DNA of 64,000 nt from Eledone cirrhosa (GCA_964016885.1 OZ024753.1:12400001-12464000), one strand, 5' to 3'. Shown: positions 31,200 through 45,945, numbered from the stretch's first letter. Translations and numbers: made by a program. The notes: generated from the sequence alone by a model not told the origin.

Positions 31200-31693
31200 A
31201 AATTCAAATTAAGGCTCTTAAACTTTATTTAATTACCTACCTAGCTGTGTGTGCTTCCACACTTTTACAAATTATTCTCTGTGATTGTTTCATGTTTAAT
31301 TTTAGATATATATATATCAATCAATTTCTAGTTGATATATATATATATACATATATACACATCAGATGTCCAGCCCAAACATATCCGCTTTTAAAAAGGA
31401 TCTTCAAGTTTTAGGCCAGTCATAGTAGTTCTTATATATATATATATTATAAGTTAAAACGATGAAATAAAAAATCAAGTCATTAGAGATATACTTCACT
31501 GCTTACGATCGTTTCTAGATGATGATAATACATTGTAGCTATACTCTCTTGTTTTAACTTATATTATGACACTGTTTTCTTTTTAATGTTTTATTGTTTT
31601 TCGAGATTTATCTTAACCTACAACATTTTCAACATATCGATTACATCGAGTTCTTCATGCAGAATAGACCCCACAACTTACTGTGGATACCTC

Positions 31694-31724
<31 letters not shown>

Positions 31725-32465
31725 CACGCATGGGTGGTGCCTATGTACGTGAGGGATGTAATACACATATATGAAATTCCGGAAGAGAGGTAGGGAGTAA
31801 AGACAAGACAGCGAAATGTGAGAATTAGGAAGCGGTAGAAATATAAGCAGTCATCGTAGATTTACCATTTATGTTTATGGACATTTTCGAATATTTAATC
31901 GTTGACGTAAATGATTTAATTTCCCTTGCTCATCTTCGGTTCTTTGCGCAGCAGGAATTAATCAGTTGTATGAATTCGTCCATAAAATATTTCAATAACT
32001 CCTTATCGTGTGCCATTATAGAAATTCTTATCACTTCAATCATTCTTCCTCTACCGTTAGTGTTTATTTGTATTAATTCTGCTGCGACCATTTTCCTAGC
32101 AATCAGTCATTCTTAGGTCATTTAGAAATGTCTTGTCGTATACAAGAAACAATAATGCTTATCCATACTTGCTCTAATATTATTTGCTTTTATTTGTATT
32201 TGTATTTCTATTTATATTTTAACTTATTAGAATTGATTTATAGCTTCTATAAATGTATCAATATTAAATCTCTGCCCATTTAATAAATCTTCGTAAATTC
32301 ATCAGAAATATTTGGGGATATATTCTCAAAAATAATAAAAGCGAATATTAAGTTTCACATAGTTACACAATTTTCTTTTCCTAATAACGTCTATACCCTT
32401 TTATTTCCTATATATATTATCAGCAGTCTTTAACCGCATGTAGTTCCTGGTAGACTAGATTAACA

Positions 32466-32680
32466 ATAGTTTCTGATTTAGGCACAAGGCCAGCAAATTT
32501 AGAGGTGGGGAAAGTCGAATAAATCGACCCCAGTGCGTGATTGGTGCTTTATTTTATCGACCCTATAAGGATGAAAGGCAAAAGTAACCTCGGCAGTATT
32601 TGAATTCAGAACGTAATGAGCCATAAAATCTGTCACAAAGAATGGTATCTGATATTCTACCGATTTTGTCAATCGACTGA
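32466..32680 (-). mobile_element. SINE, same family
   Basis: GGCACAAGGCCAGC tail; TTTATCGACCC...GGATGAAAGGC body. Confidence 0.8.
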
Positions 32681-33449
32681 GTAGATTAATAATCAACTTC
32701 TCCCTCTCTGAATCTATCATATACTTTGTGACTGATTTTGACAGAAATATACGTATATGCTCATCGTTATAAACTTAGTAGAGTGTAATATACTACAGAG
32801 GCCGACAGTAATTTTAACAGTTTCAAGAAACATGAGTTAGCCCGACATTCGTTCGCTAATGTACTTATTCTCTGATACTGCTACTTAGAGAATGCTTTTG
32901 ATGAATTATAGATGTGTTATTAATTTAATTAATGAAATTCAAGCTGCTGATCTGGATATGGTAATATAACTTACTCCATTACACTCCCAGTTGTATAATT
33001 AATAAAAGTGTATGTGGTTGCTTTCTGAAGTTCCAATCATCAATAACATCAATTAGGAGCAAATATAATATAATCACAGTCTAAAGTATTCAACTATTAC
33101 ATATAAACTTATCACTTATCACTGATAAGTTTCAATAAGCCGGTACAATGCGGTAGAAATATATAAAGCGAAGAACACATCGTTCGTTAAGTTTTGTTTT
33201 GAAACGTTTTGACATTTGGGAGTATTAACCCTGAAATATGTCGAAATATACTGGGCAATATATCAATTCGTTTTGTTTTGTTTTATTTGTCATTCTGTGC
33301 CCTTTAATTATTTCTAAAACATTTTACCGACTTTCTGAAACTTAACTCACAATGCTTTGTAGTAACTATATATATATATATGTATAAGGAAAAAAAAAAA
33401 GGAAATCGAAAATACAACTGGAGTCTTTTTTTTAAATATATTTATTTGG

Positions 33450-33493
33450 TTCCTTTACCGGTTTCGCAGTTCTTGTGCTTTTCAAAAGTAGAA
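33450..33493 (-). ncRNA. Variant hammerhead (U3-A8 core TTGAAAA), family I
   Basis: CTT-TTGAAAA-GCA-caagaac-TGC-GAA-ACCGGT-A-AAG; homologous degraded copy at about 41222-41268. Confidence 0.6.
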
Positions 33494-33845
33494 TTGAGAT
33501 GGAGTGTTTGTGGTTTTTCTCTCAGTTGCATTTTCGATTTCATCTTTTTTCCTTATACTTTCACTCGGATAGGACACTTGGATGATTTTCATTTTGTAAA
33601 AAAAAACATCACTTTCTAATATATATCTATATATATATATATATATATATAATTATTTATTAATTATGTAATAAACAACATAAGATAATTACTTCATTTA
33701 CCAGTGGTTTCTTGAAAGCAGATAAATCTGCGTTCAGTCGTCAGAATGAATAAAACATGGTGTTTTTATTAAATGTGGATTCGAAAACAAAGTATAAGAA
33801 ATATGAAAGTGAGGGTGAGGAAACAACGGGCGAACAAGAAAAGGA

Positions 33846-33921
<76 letters not shown>

Positions 33922-35295
33922 TATATAAAATAAATAAACAAACAAACATACATAGCTCTGTAACCTACATAGATCGCTCTTTTTTCCAATGGAAACATTG
34001 TTTCCTCGGTCCGATTTGATGAAAGTCGATCGTTCTTTTTTTAAGTAAATATAAAATTATCAATGCAATATGTCAAGCAAATTATATATGATACAACTGT
34101 TCAAATAAGCAAACTAAATTTAACTTATGGCCGTTAAGTATATATAAACTAATGTAGTCGCAACTAATCAACTGAGAATTTGACGAATCACATGCTTACA
34201 ATTTACTGATTGCATTAGAATTATAAATTCTCAGCTCCTGAACATTTTGGAGAATGTTAAGTGTCAACATTTAAATTACAACTTCTAAAAAAATATTCTG
34301 TAGTAAATCAGAGGTGGAATTAATTGTTCGTTGAGTGACGTTTATAAATGGACGATAATTATTGCTATTTCAACCTTGTTATTTTTTCCATTTTACTAAT
34401 AAATCTATTTAATCATGAACATTTAATAAAATTTAACTGGTGTAATTCACGTGCTGTTATTGCGCCTATTTTCAAAGTAAATTGCTGTTGAAGGTATGAG
34501 TAATTTAAATTCAGATGTAATGTTACATCATATAAAAATGAAAACATTACATTATCAAAGATTTACGATTCATCAATATTCTGTAAAACGTTATTTCAAA
34601 TATATCATTTCCACATTAAAATTGTCATAACGCACATTATCAGCTATCCGTATAAGGTTTTATTTTTTCTTCTTTTACCTCGTAACTTATGAGGCAGTCA
34701 TAGGAGCGCCTTATTCATATACAACGTTTCAAGGGCTGTTTTAAACCTCCCCAGGTCTGAATACAGCAGATTTCTTCCAGAGAAAGATAGCGAGCGGGAG
34801 AGAGGAAATGAGAAAGAGATATAGAGGAAGAGTCCACCCCAGTCTAAGGGGGAACTGGGGGTCTAACGGAGAGTAGAGATGATATAATAGTATATTAAAT
34901 ATCAAATGATACATATATATAGTAGAATGAACAATATATAATACTAGAGCACCCGTGACCCGTGGGTCACGTTCACTTCAAAATATTTCTTAAAAATAAT
35001 ATTCACTTAAAAATAATTTTTAAATAATAAAAATATACACAGACATGTATATAATGTGAAATGAAACTGGAAGGCCCATATATATACGTGTGTGTGTGTG
35101 TATATATATAAATATGTGTGTGTATACATATATATATATATATATACATGTATGTGTGTGTATATATATATATATATATAGGAAAAAGTTTAACCCCGAT
35201 GGCAGAACTCTGCCGTCGGGGTTAAACATTTTCCTATTACCCACTCTACTACCCTAAGTATTAAGTACTCTGGTGCGTTATGGTCCATCTGGTTC

Positions 35296-35468
35296 CAGTA
35301 TCGGTAGAGGGTCGGACGCCATGCTTTCCAGAATAGTTACGTCTCTTTACGATCTGAGTTCAAATCCCGCTGAGGTTGACTTTACCTTTCATCCTTATTA
35401 CGGGGTCGATAAAATAAAGTACCAGTAATGCACTGGGTGTTTGCTGGCCTTGTGCCTAAAGTAGAAAC

Positions 35469-35471
<3 letters not shown>
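35296..35471 (+). mobile_element. SINE, same family
   Basis: GAGTTCAAATCCCG box B; conserved body and tail. Confidence 0.85.
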
Positions 35472-35513
<42 letters not shown>

Positions 35514-37437
35514 GCGATGTCTGTGATCTATATACACTTGTAATAGACACACACACCTATACACACATATATATACGCACACTCACATTTATATATATAT
35601 ATATATATACACAACACCACCACCACCGCCATCTCTCTTCCATTCTCCTCTCTCTCCTCTCCCTTTCTCTATGTCTCTCTTTCAATCAACTCTTTCACAA
35701 CCACTATCCCCTCCTCTCTATCTTTCTCTCTCTTTGTTTATAAAGGTACCCGGAAAAACCCCATATCTCGGGCACGCGCACTCAGATTTATGCGAAACTT
35801 GTTTTATTCCATTTGTATTCCTATTTCAGGATCAACTTCCTTTCAAAGTATTTTCCCATTATGCGCCCTTTTGGCTGTATCACATTACAGGCAAGCAGGC
35901 AAGCAAGCAATCACAGAGTTTTAGTAGTATATGGATTTATTTATACATAGTATATTATTTATCATATATAAATGAACGGTTTTATTTATTATATATTATT
36001 TACAATTTTCATGTAGGCAGGTCTCTCTGGAAATACGGGTGGGGTGGCCCTGAGGGTATTACGTGGCCATGAGGGCAGCAGTGCTCCAAAAGGTTTGAGA
36101 ACATCTGTATTAGATCAACTGGGTTTCTTGTTTGTATCATTTTGTAATCGACTGTGTATTTCACAGACACGTGTAACCTCCTCAATATAATTCTCAGTAA
36201 TGATCAACGTGACAAAGTGACAGAACATTGAATTACATATTCATCCCCCACCATAGGACAGCCACACCTGTTGCACACCTGTTGCTTACTAAAGGACTGG
36301 GCATACACAAGCTTACCTTAAAAATGCCTTTCTTATTTTATATTAAGAAATAGAAACTGGAAACCCTTAAGTACTAAGAGAACGTCCTAACCACAGATCC
36401 GAGCATTCTTCCACAAATTACACCAGTGTGTTACCTTGTGCTTACATACCTTGCATTTTAATTATTTACATCTTTAATTTTATTAAGTCAATTTATTTTA
36501 AGTGTAAAGGAGCGGCTAATACATGCATGAGGAACTATATATAATAATCAGTTTCGTTTTGTTTTGTTGAAGCATGTAAAGAGTGTTGTTTGCAGGTCGT
36601 TCTAACCATGGTTTCGTGGTTACTAAAACCTATATTGTTATGGGCTAACGAGAAATCGTTTGTAAAACATATTCCTAGAACTTGCAAAAGTTATCACTAC
36701 TTGTTTATACAATAATGGTGGACATTGAATAGAATAACAATATCAATAAAATCCTATAACATCTATTTACACGCGTAATGCATTCTTTCAGTTAAGTTTT
36801 TCTCAGGTTAATGTTGCCTTACAGTAAATCAAAGATATATAAATTTGAAATTGCACATTGAAATTTAATGGCCCAATACAAAAGGATGATTGCAAAATTC
36901 TTAATGCTTCGATAAATGTATTTTGTAAACGTGCTTAAAATTGTTTGTCATTATTATAATATTTTAAAAGATAATTGTAAACTGTATTTTCGTATATATT
37001 GTAGAAAAACAAAGACTCACCTCACAGAGTTTATTATCCATTATTATTAATATCGACATAAATATAAACATCATTATTAATTTTATCATCACTTCAAGAT
37101 ATCCATTATCAATAAGGAGGCAATCAGTTAAGACTCTTCAGAGTCGGTCAAGCATTTAGAAATAGAAATAATAAGAAAAAAAGATTTGGAAGAGAATGAT
37201 TCGTTGCTTAGGATTAATTATCTCTGTAAACGAAGGTAAGATTATTGTGACAAAGAAATCTAAGTGAGGTAGAGGGAGAGATAGTGAAATAATGGTGGGA
37301 TATTTATTAAAAGAAATTTGATTACCGTGAAGGGCAGTGAAACAGAAAAACGGCGGAAGAAGAATAGGAAAGGTTATTTTAAATTATTCATGTTGTCTGT
37401 GGGAAATAATTTCAGTGGACGTATCTCCGCTAATGTG

Positions 37438-37680
37438 AAGGCGCGTGGCTTAGTGATAAGGATGTTTGACTTATAATAGTAACGTCGTGGCTTCGATTTT
37501 TTGGACTGTGTTGAGCAAAATACTTCATTTCACGTTGCTCCAGTATACTCAACTGAAAATGAGTACCAGAAGCAACAGCCGGGAGTTTAACCCTGCAATG
37601 GACTGGCATCCTGTCCAGAGGGGAGTAGGGAGTTTGTACTCTCATTCGCTTCACGTCATGAAACCGGAATAGGCAGCGGT
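37438..37680 (+). mobile_element. Second tRNA-derived SINE family (CORE-like)
   Basis: GGCGCGTGGCTTAGTG box A; TTGAGCAA...ACTTCATTTCACGTT; head shared with 45277-45390. Confidence 0.65.
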
Positions 37681-38128
37681 TCACGCGCTGCCTGCTGTCT
37701 ATGTCTGCTACTTGATCTAAATTCAATCGAAGGCAGTGTGAAATATAGGAAATAATTATTTGTCGTAAAGTGAGGATTCTTCGAGATGATTACGAGGCAA
37801 AGAGGGTAATTTACTCGAAACAGGGACCTATTTTGAATGCAGTAATGCACACGCACACACACACACACACACACACACGTTTATTTATTTGTATATGTAT
37901 AGTACTAGGTGTAGTAGCTGGTGTCCTGTCCTGGGGGAGTTTTGTGTGTGTATATATGTATATATGACAAAGAGCGTGCGGTAATATACCAGTTGGACCA
38001 TAACGCACTAGAGTACTGGCTACTTGGGATAGTAGAGTGGGAAATATGAACAGATTAGGACCCCGACGGCTGAGCTCCGGCCGTTGCGACAGCTACATCT
38101 GAGCGCAGCCGTCGGGGTCCTGAATCTT

Positions 38129-38176
<48 letters not shown>

Positions 38177-38357
38177 AAAATTAAGATAAATTAAATGAAT
38201 TTAATCTAAATCAAAATTATGGGTGTCATGCCAGAAAGACATGCGCCATATCACCATGGACAATATCTTACCGCTATAACAAAATGATGACGATGTTCAT
38301 CTATAAAACATGGCGAAATAAGGCTGTTTGCTTGCAAACGAATCGAATATTGTGGTT

Positions 38358-38572
38358 TTGAAGTATCGGTAGAGCGTCAGACACCATACTTTGAAGCATA
38401 GAGTTACTGCCCTTCTGAGTTACTGCCCTTCTGAGTTCAAATCCCGTTGAGGTTAGCTTTGCCTTTGATCCTTTCAGGGTCGATGAAATAAAGCACCGGT
38501 AATACACTAGGGTTGATTTAATCGACTTTGCTCTCCCCCAAAATTGCTGGCCTTGTGCCTATATAAGAAACA
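38358..38572 (+). mobile_element. SINE, same family as 2362-2540
   Basis: Conserved body and tail; an inverted fragment follows at about 38598-38670. Confidence 0.8.
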
Positions 38573-38666
38573 ATAAATATATAACGGAATAGTACTGGCT
38601 TCTTATAAAGGCACAAGGCCAGCAATTTTGGGGGAGAGGAAAGTCGATGAAATCAATCCTGTGCTT

Positions 38667-38729
<63 letters not shown>

Positions 38730-38755
38730 ATATATATATATATTTTATATATATA

Positions 38756-38789
<34 letters not shown>

Positions 38790-40034
38790 TTTATATATAT
38801 ATATATATATATTTTATATATATATATATATTTTATATATATATATATTGTGCAACCAGCAGTATTCTTCTCACCCATATTTTTCATATATCTACCCAAA
38901 CTGCAATTCTGTGTTTCTCTCTTTCTCTCTTACTGCTCCCTCGTTCTCTCTGTTTCTCTTACTTTCTTTCGTCCCCTCTGCCACGTCAGTTAACTCTTTC
39001 TCTCTACTGACCTCTTCCTCGCACTCTCACTCACTCAGTCCCTGTTTCTCCCCTTCTTTCTTCCTCCCGTTCGCTGGGAAAACGGTTTTCATTCTTTCTA
39101 ACACCGGATTCACTAGCGAAAGGTCTGTTTTCTGACTCGCTCATATATTCACACAGCTTACGCTGAAAGAATAACTATGTTGCTTGTGTTTATTTCCATC
39201 TTTGGTTAGCTTCCCCCTGTGTTGTTTACTTGTCTCACTCGCTTTACGCGTTTCTATTGTCCTAATAACTTATTTTAGTTATTATCGCTCCAACGTGAGG
39301 TATATGATTTTTAATGCGATGAAATACCCATGATCGTTTGGTAAATCACTGATGAGGGACTCATTTTATAACATGTTATCCATGTGCAACCAGCAGTATT
39401 CTTCTCACCCATATTTTCATATATATATATATATATATATATATGTTTGTATATATGTATATATGTGTGTGTGTTATGTTCCATTTGTCATTACTTTCTC
39501 TATATATTATTTTACCACACACTACCGGCTTGTTAATACTTATCAATCTTGTATTACACACACACACATATACATACATACGTGCGTGTGCCTGTCTGCG
39601 TGTGTGTGTGTGTGTGAAATCCCGAACGCGGCGCCATGCGGTTTCGGCTTGTGTCTACATATACGTATAAAATATATGTAAAATATATACTGGTATATAA
39701 TAAACATTTTTAGATATATTATCTGATAGAGACTTATATAGGTATAAATCCAGCTGATAGTTACTTTTAATCACTGATTTACCGAGTGACTGATCACAAT
39801 TGTCATCTAAACTTAAATTACAATTTATTAAATAGTATTTTGTTTGTCACAGATGTCATTTCGATTGGAATTCTAATAGTTTTAAGCTGTCGAGCAGCTG
39901 GCAGTTTGAAATTTAGTGTGTGGTATGGAGTCGATTAAGATTGAGTATGTAAAAGACTGTGTTTTGAAATAGAATATAAATAGGGTGTGTTTATATTACT
40001 CGTTCGGTAGGAGTGGTGAAAATGTTTGTCGCTC

Positions 40035-40235
40035 TCCGACAGGTTTGCGGTCGTGCCCTTGGCAGTGGAGACTTCTGGTGCCTTTAGCCCTAGGGCTACC
40101 TCACTACTCACCACCATAGGCGCTGAGTTGGCCAACTGCAGGTGTGATCCTCGCGAGATGGAATGGCTCTTCCAGCGCATCTCCCTTGCAATCCTCCGGG
40201 GAAACGCCTTTTCCATTCTGTCCACCGGGGCCGTG
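40035..40235 (+). pseudogene. CRE-like non-LTR element, restriction-like endonuclease C-terminus
   Basis: FAVVPLAVETSGAF...WLFQRISLAILRGNA. Confidence 0.75.
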
Positions 40236-41108
40236 GGGCCGTATTTGCTGACTATACAGAGAGATGGCGAGGGCGAGAGAGATGGAGGCGAGGACAGTGG
40301 GAGTTCGGCTCTTCCGGGTCCGGACACATTGCGCCTGTCAAGAGTGTATTTTCATACTTGTGACAAACTTAAACACTTAACCTATAATAATACTATTGCT
40401 AATAACAATATAAGTGTGAGGCTTCCATATTGATTGTGTGGAAATGTTTGTATACGTGTGTGGTTTTCACGTGAATTTGATCTCAAACGGGGTTTGGATG
40501 TGGTTGTGTAAATATTGTTTGTCTTTCATACCGGACTTTGACCGATTGTTTCTTTGTGCCGATTGCCACTTGATATCTCCTCATTGGCCACCACGTTGCC
40601 ATCTTGCACAAAATCGGCAAGAGGTCACTGTGTAAGCTGGAATTGAGGATGTATCGAGTATCGCTAGTTTTCTTCACAGTTATGTTATCTCTATGATGTT
40701 TTTAGGGTAAAGCTAGGACATACAGAGCTGACACGATTGTAAAATATACTCCTATATGTTCCACTTCTATTTTTAAAATAAATTTTCTCTAATTTTACAC
40801 AAGAGAGTATGAAATTAGATCTTAATAAAGGTGGTTATAATGTGGAGAATCTAGGAACTAAGGATCCTATAATTATGACCATGCAGAAACATACATAAAC
40901 AATAGAATATGGAGCTGCATAGAGCAGAGTCATTCTTAAGATCGCTCCGCGCATGATAATTATATTTTGGCGAATGGCTATGGGCACAAATGGCTCAAAT
41001 TTGTTTCGTAGGCAATGATTTCTGCGGACATATATACACATTAATTCATATACATAATCATACACAAGCATACATATAACCATGCATATAAATACAGATA
41101 CATTTACG

Positions 41109-41174
<66 letters not shown>

Positions 41175-41294
41175 AAAAGAAATCGAAAATACAACTGGAG
41201 TCTTTTTAATAATATTTCCTTATTTCTTTACCGGTTATACAGTTCTTATGCTTTTCAAAAGTAGAATTGAGATGGAACGTTTGTGGTTTTTCTC

Positions 41295-41354
<60 letters not shown>

Positions 41355-41428
41355 CAATTGTTAATACTCGAAATAAAGCCCCTTCTTGTACAGCAAACCA
41401 TGTTACTCTTCATTATTTCACTATACAC

Positions 41429-41761
41429 AGGGCGGTGGAGTAGCAGTATCGGTGGAGGGTCGGATGCCATGCTTTCCAGCATAGTTACGTCCCTTTACGA
41501 TCTGAGTTCAAATGCCGCCGAGGTTAACTTTGCCTTTCATCCTTACGGTGTCGATAAAATAAAGTACCAGTAATGCACTGGGTAATTGCTGGCCTTGTAG
41601 AAACAATTATTTCACTATACACAGGTGGATTGGCAGTATCGGTAGAGGGTCAGACGCCATGGTTTGACGCAAAGAGTTACGGCCCTTGCCATTTTGAGTT
41701 CCACACCCGCCGAGGTTAACTTTGCTTTTCATCCTTACGGGGTCGATAAAATAAAGTACCA

Positions 41762-41763
<2 letters not shown>
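41429..41763 (+). mobile_element. Two tandem SINEs
   Basis: Copies at about 41429-41607 and 41622-41763; ATTATTTCACTATACACAGG precedes both. Confidence 0.85.
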
Positions 41764-41807
<44 letters not shown>

Positions 41808-42071
41808 CAAAAGGATGAAGATAACATGGACGGCTGCACATTAGGGTTTATTTACAGTATTAACAATTGTTCCTTTAGTCGGTGTGTCTAAAAGTGGCTC
41901 GTCGTTAGAAGCTACAACACTCGACATTAACTACAGTCGATACTCGATCAAATCGTCAGAATACTGACATGTATACATGGCACAGTGTGCTAGCATTTAT
42001 AGATACATGGGAGAATAACGTAAATGAAACAACAATAATAAGATTAATAATAATAATAATAATAATAATAA

Positions 42072-42741
42072 TGTCAATGTGCAGTAATATAGCTCCAACC
42101 GAATACCTAAACAGGCATGACAGAGCTGCACAATACATACATTGGATAATATGTAAGCATTTTGACTTGCCCCATCAAAAGAATTGGTGGGAGCATCAAC
42201 CACCTCCCATACTTGAAAAAGATCACATCTCAATCTTGTGGAACTTTAGCATCCAAACAAACCGAAAAATAGATGCAAATAGACCTGATATTATACTGAA
42301 GGACTTTAAAAAGAGGGTATGCCTGCTAATTGATATGTCCGTTCCAATAGACAAGAATGTATCTATAAAAACTTTTGAAAAATTGAGCAAGTATAAGGAC
42401 CTGGAGATAGAAATTGGAAAAATGTGGAAGTTGAGAACTAAAACAATACCAGTGGTTGTAGGCGCTCTAGGAATGATACCTAAGGGGTCTAATGATTACT
42501 TATCGCAAATCCCAGGAAACCAGCGGTATAGGAGAAATACAAAAGATAGTACTAATAGGAACTGCCCATATACCAAGGAAGATTCTGTCAATATAAGTAC
42601 ATCACAAGTCTAAACACCTAAAGATACATGTGTGTGTATGTATGTTCTCTCTTGAACATGGCGGACCTTGTTGTCTCTTGACGTCACTGGTTGTGACTTG
42701 GTGATAACTGGTATGAACATAAAGCAAGATAAATGCAACTG
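42072..42741 (+). mobile_element. R4/Dong-like site-specific non-LTR element 3' fragment in (TAA)n
   Basis: YLNRHD...ILWNF...RPDII...LIDMSVP...EKLSKY...IPVVVGALG (restriction-like endonuclease); (TAA)n on both sides. Confidence 0.85.
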
Positions 42742-42820
42742 TAATAATAATAATAATAATAATAATAATAGTAGTGGTACTAGTAATATCTGTAGTTGGA
42801 TTGCCTTAATTGATAACTTG

Positions 42821-42859
<39 letters not shown>

Positions 42860-43247
42860 CGCTTTTCTATACATAATGTCGTGATTTGCAATTTTGTGTA
42901 AATATTCTCTGTAACTCCTGGCTGTTGCTTGCTCCGGGGAGATTATAATGAGGCTTTATTACTGAATAACTGGTTCTGAAAAGTCTCAGGGAGTGGAAAA
43001 ACGTTCCTAGATCAGCAAGTAATGTATTAATTATATTCGGTGTCTATTTTAATGAATAATTTGATTATACTGTAATTGTTATTTCCAGCAAATTTGCAAT
43101 TTATTATTTTTAAATATGGCGTCAGATTATTTTGAAACGCAATATAATTCTAATATTATTCGCAGTATTTTTGAATGTATTATTATGTTCTATTGTAAGA
43201 GGTAAAGTTCATCTTCATATTTATTTGATGTCATTATAAACTTTTGT

Positions 43248-43432
43248 GGGCGGTGAATTGGCAGTATCGGTAGAGGGTTGGACGCCATGCTTTCTAGCAT
43301 AGTTACGTCCCTTTACTGTCTGAGTTCAAATCCCACCGAGCTTAACTTTGTCTTTCATCCTTACGGGGTCGATAAAATAAAGTACCAGTAATGCACTGGG
43401 TAATTGCTGGCCTTGTGCCTAAAGTAGAAACA
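43248..43432 (+). mobile_element. SINE with target-site duplication
   Basis: ATTATAAACTTT on both flanks. Confidence 0.9.
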
Positions 43433-44227
43433 ATTATAAACTTTCGTCATTTCCTCTAACGATTCTGGATTGAAATGTAGCTATTGGTGACTGGAGATCG
43501 AATTTTAATTCGATTTTGAAAGTACACCTGGGATTATTCATCTAGATGTAATATTATGTAAGGAATAACCAATGTTGATAACTTTGTTATGATTCTCCAT
43601 CATGATTTTCTGTTTTAAATTGCTCTGCCTATATCGTCTGCATATTAATTCTTCTTCAGTAATAACTTCGCTTTAATAAGCATTTGATATTGCAGCTTCA
43701 AGCATTGTGCACGCTTTGCCTATTCATAAGACATCTAACATAATATGTCGGCCTACACTCTGCTACGAAGTTTATTATATAATACTTTTATTTTTGATAT
43801 ATATATATATATATTTGCTGGACCGGCAATCGCTCTGTCTAATCAGCTCTTGATTATTACTGGAATTCTATGAGAATCCGGCTTCTAAAATGATCGCCAA
43901 AGGCAGCTGAGTTGGTGGTCTTGATAAACGCTAACAAGCGAGAAACAGACTGTCTAACGATCACTTTCTGTTGTTTATACCGAGAATAAGTAAGTAACAT
44001 AGTCACTACTTTAAAACTCATAGCGAATGGTCTTCAAAATATTTTAAATTAAACATACAGTATTTTGCCAAATATACTATACATACATTCATATATATAC
44101 ATGAGCAATACACTTTATTTCCCGTTGCTCCTTCTACCTGGATTTGCGACTGATAGATAGTACTAGCAACTGGAAAGACCGACGAAAACATTGTATCCTC
44201 GGTCCTATTTGACGAAAGTCGATCGAA

Positions 44228-44270
<43 letters not shown>

Positions 44271-44340
44271 GCATATATATATATATATATAACCAAAGAA
44301 AACGTGAACCGTTAAGGTATCCTCTTCTTGGTTATGTCAA

Positions 44341-44558
44341 CATTTATAAAACACACTTTGTATTTTATCTGATGAAAGCGTAGCAAAGTTTTGGTACCCT
44401 TGAAATATATATAATAGAATAAATATGGTTTTATAAATATAGTTTCCATTTATTTAATATCATTGAATATTATACTCCAGAAAACTTGTTGAGTACTCTA
44501 AATCAGTTATAAACATTTATATTTGTTGAATTACCAACAAATTCAATATCCGTTTTGC
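44341..44558 (+). mobile_element. Short family B element with HHR at 44361-44421
   Basis: CTGATGA-AAG-C-GTA...TAC-C-CTT-GAAATATATATA; shared tail AATATGGTTTTATAAATATAGTTTCC; ends in (TA)n. Confidence 0.83.
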
Positions 44559-44595
44559 TTATATATATATATATATATATATATAAATATATTTA

Positions 44596-44626
<31 letters not shown>

Positions 44627-44629
44627 TTA

Positions 44630-44690
<61 letters not shown>

Positions 44691-44744
44691 TTATTTATTT
44701 ATTATATATATATATTTATATATATATATATATATATATTTATT

Positions 44745-44779
<35 letters not shown>

Positions 44780-45064
44780 GGAAACACTCAGGAGCCCGAC
44801 GGCTTAGCTCCGACCGTTTCGACCACTAGATCCGAACTAAACCTTACAGGACCCCGGCGGCTGAGCTCCGGCCGTCTCGACAGCTAGATCTGAACTAAGC
44901 CACACTGGTGGCGTAGTTCGGATCTAGCTGTCGTCGAGACGGCCGGAGCTCAGCGGTCGGGGTGCTGACTCTTTTCCTATTACCCACTCTACTACCATAC
45001 GTATTGAATACTCTGGCGCGTTATGGTCCATCTGGTATCTTACCATCTTACCACACCCTTTCTG

Positions 45065-45276
<212 letters not shown>

Positions 45277-45390
45277 GCGTGTGGCTGAGTGATTAGAGAA
45301 TTGTATTCGCAATCGTAAGGTTGTGAGTTCGATTCCTGGACCAGGCGATGCGTTATGTCCTTGAGCAAGACACTTTATTTCACGTTTATC
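45277..45390 (+). mobile_element. CORE-like SINE 5' part
   Basis: TGGCTGAGTG box A; GAGTTCGATTCC box B; GTCCTTGAGCAAGACACTT. Confidence 0.75.
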
Positions 45391-45903
45391 CTTCTACCTG
45401 GAGTTGCGACCGATAGATAGTATTAGCAATTGGAAAGACCAACGGAAACATTGTTCCCTCTGTCCGATTTGACAAAAAAGTCGATCGTTCCTTTAAAATA
45501 TATATATTAAGAGAAACTTCACAATAAGGGGAATCACCCCAATACTTGAATCTGTTGATGGAACCCTTTCTGCCTTTGTCACCCTTAATCCAGCCTTAAA
45601 GAATTAGCTTCTAAAGAATTTCCCTTTTCTTTAAACCAATGAACCCCACCCATCCTATAGACACCTGTCTTACAGCCATTGTTAGTCTAAGTGATAAACA
45701 AGGATTGGTATTCCAAATATAATTTTGTTTACATATTCTCTCTGAATTTGTTAATACTGTAGCTTTAAAGAATTAGCTTTTAATGAACTCCCTCTTCTTT
45801 AAATCCTTCAACCAATGACCTCCATCCATCCCAATCCCCACCCTGTCCCACCACCAGAAAAGAAAAAATATAAATACCACTACTTACTTGGACAGCCAGC
45901 TCC

Positions 45904-45945
45904 CTGATGATTTCTTACGAATGAAACAGTTCTAGTCAAGTAGAA
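45904..45945 (+). ncRNA. Hammerhead-like motif, family C
   Basis: CTGATGA-T-TTC-ttac-GAA-T-GAAAC; stems I and III are atypical. Confidence 0.5.

Noticed and set aside
31496-31662. Minus-strand GAAACGATCGTA (HHR-like 3' half; also near 51797-51812)
   Set aside because: No intact CUGANGA at a suitable distance; at most a decayed ribozyme.
39318-39372. GAAA...CTGATGAG, possible type II hammerhead
   Set aside because: Stems I-III cannot be formed consistently.
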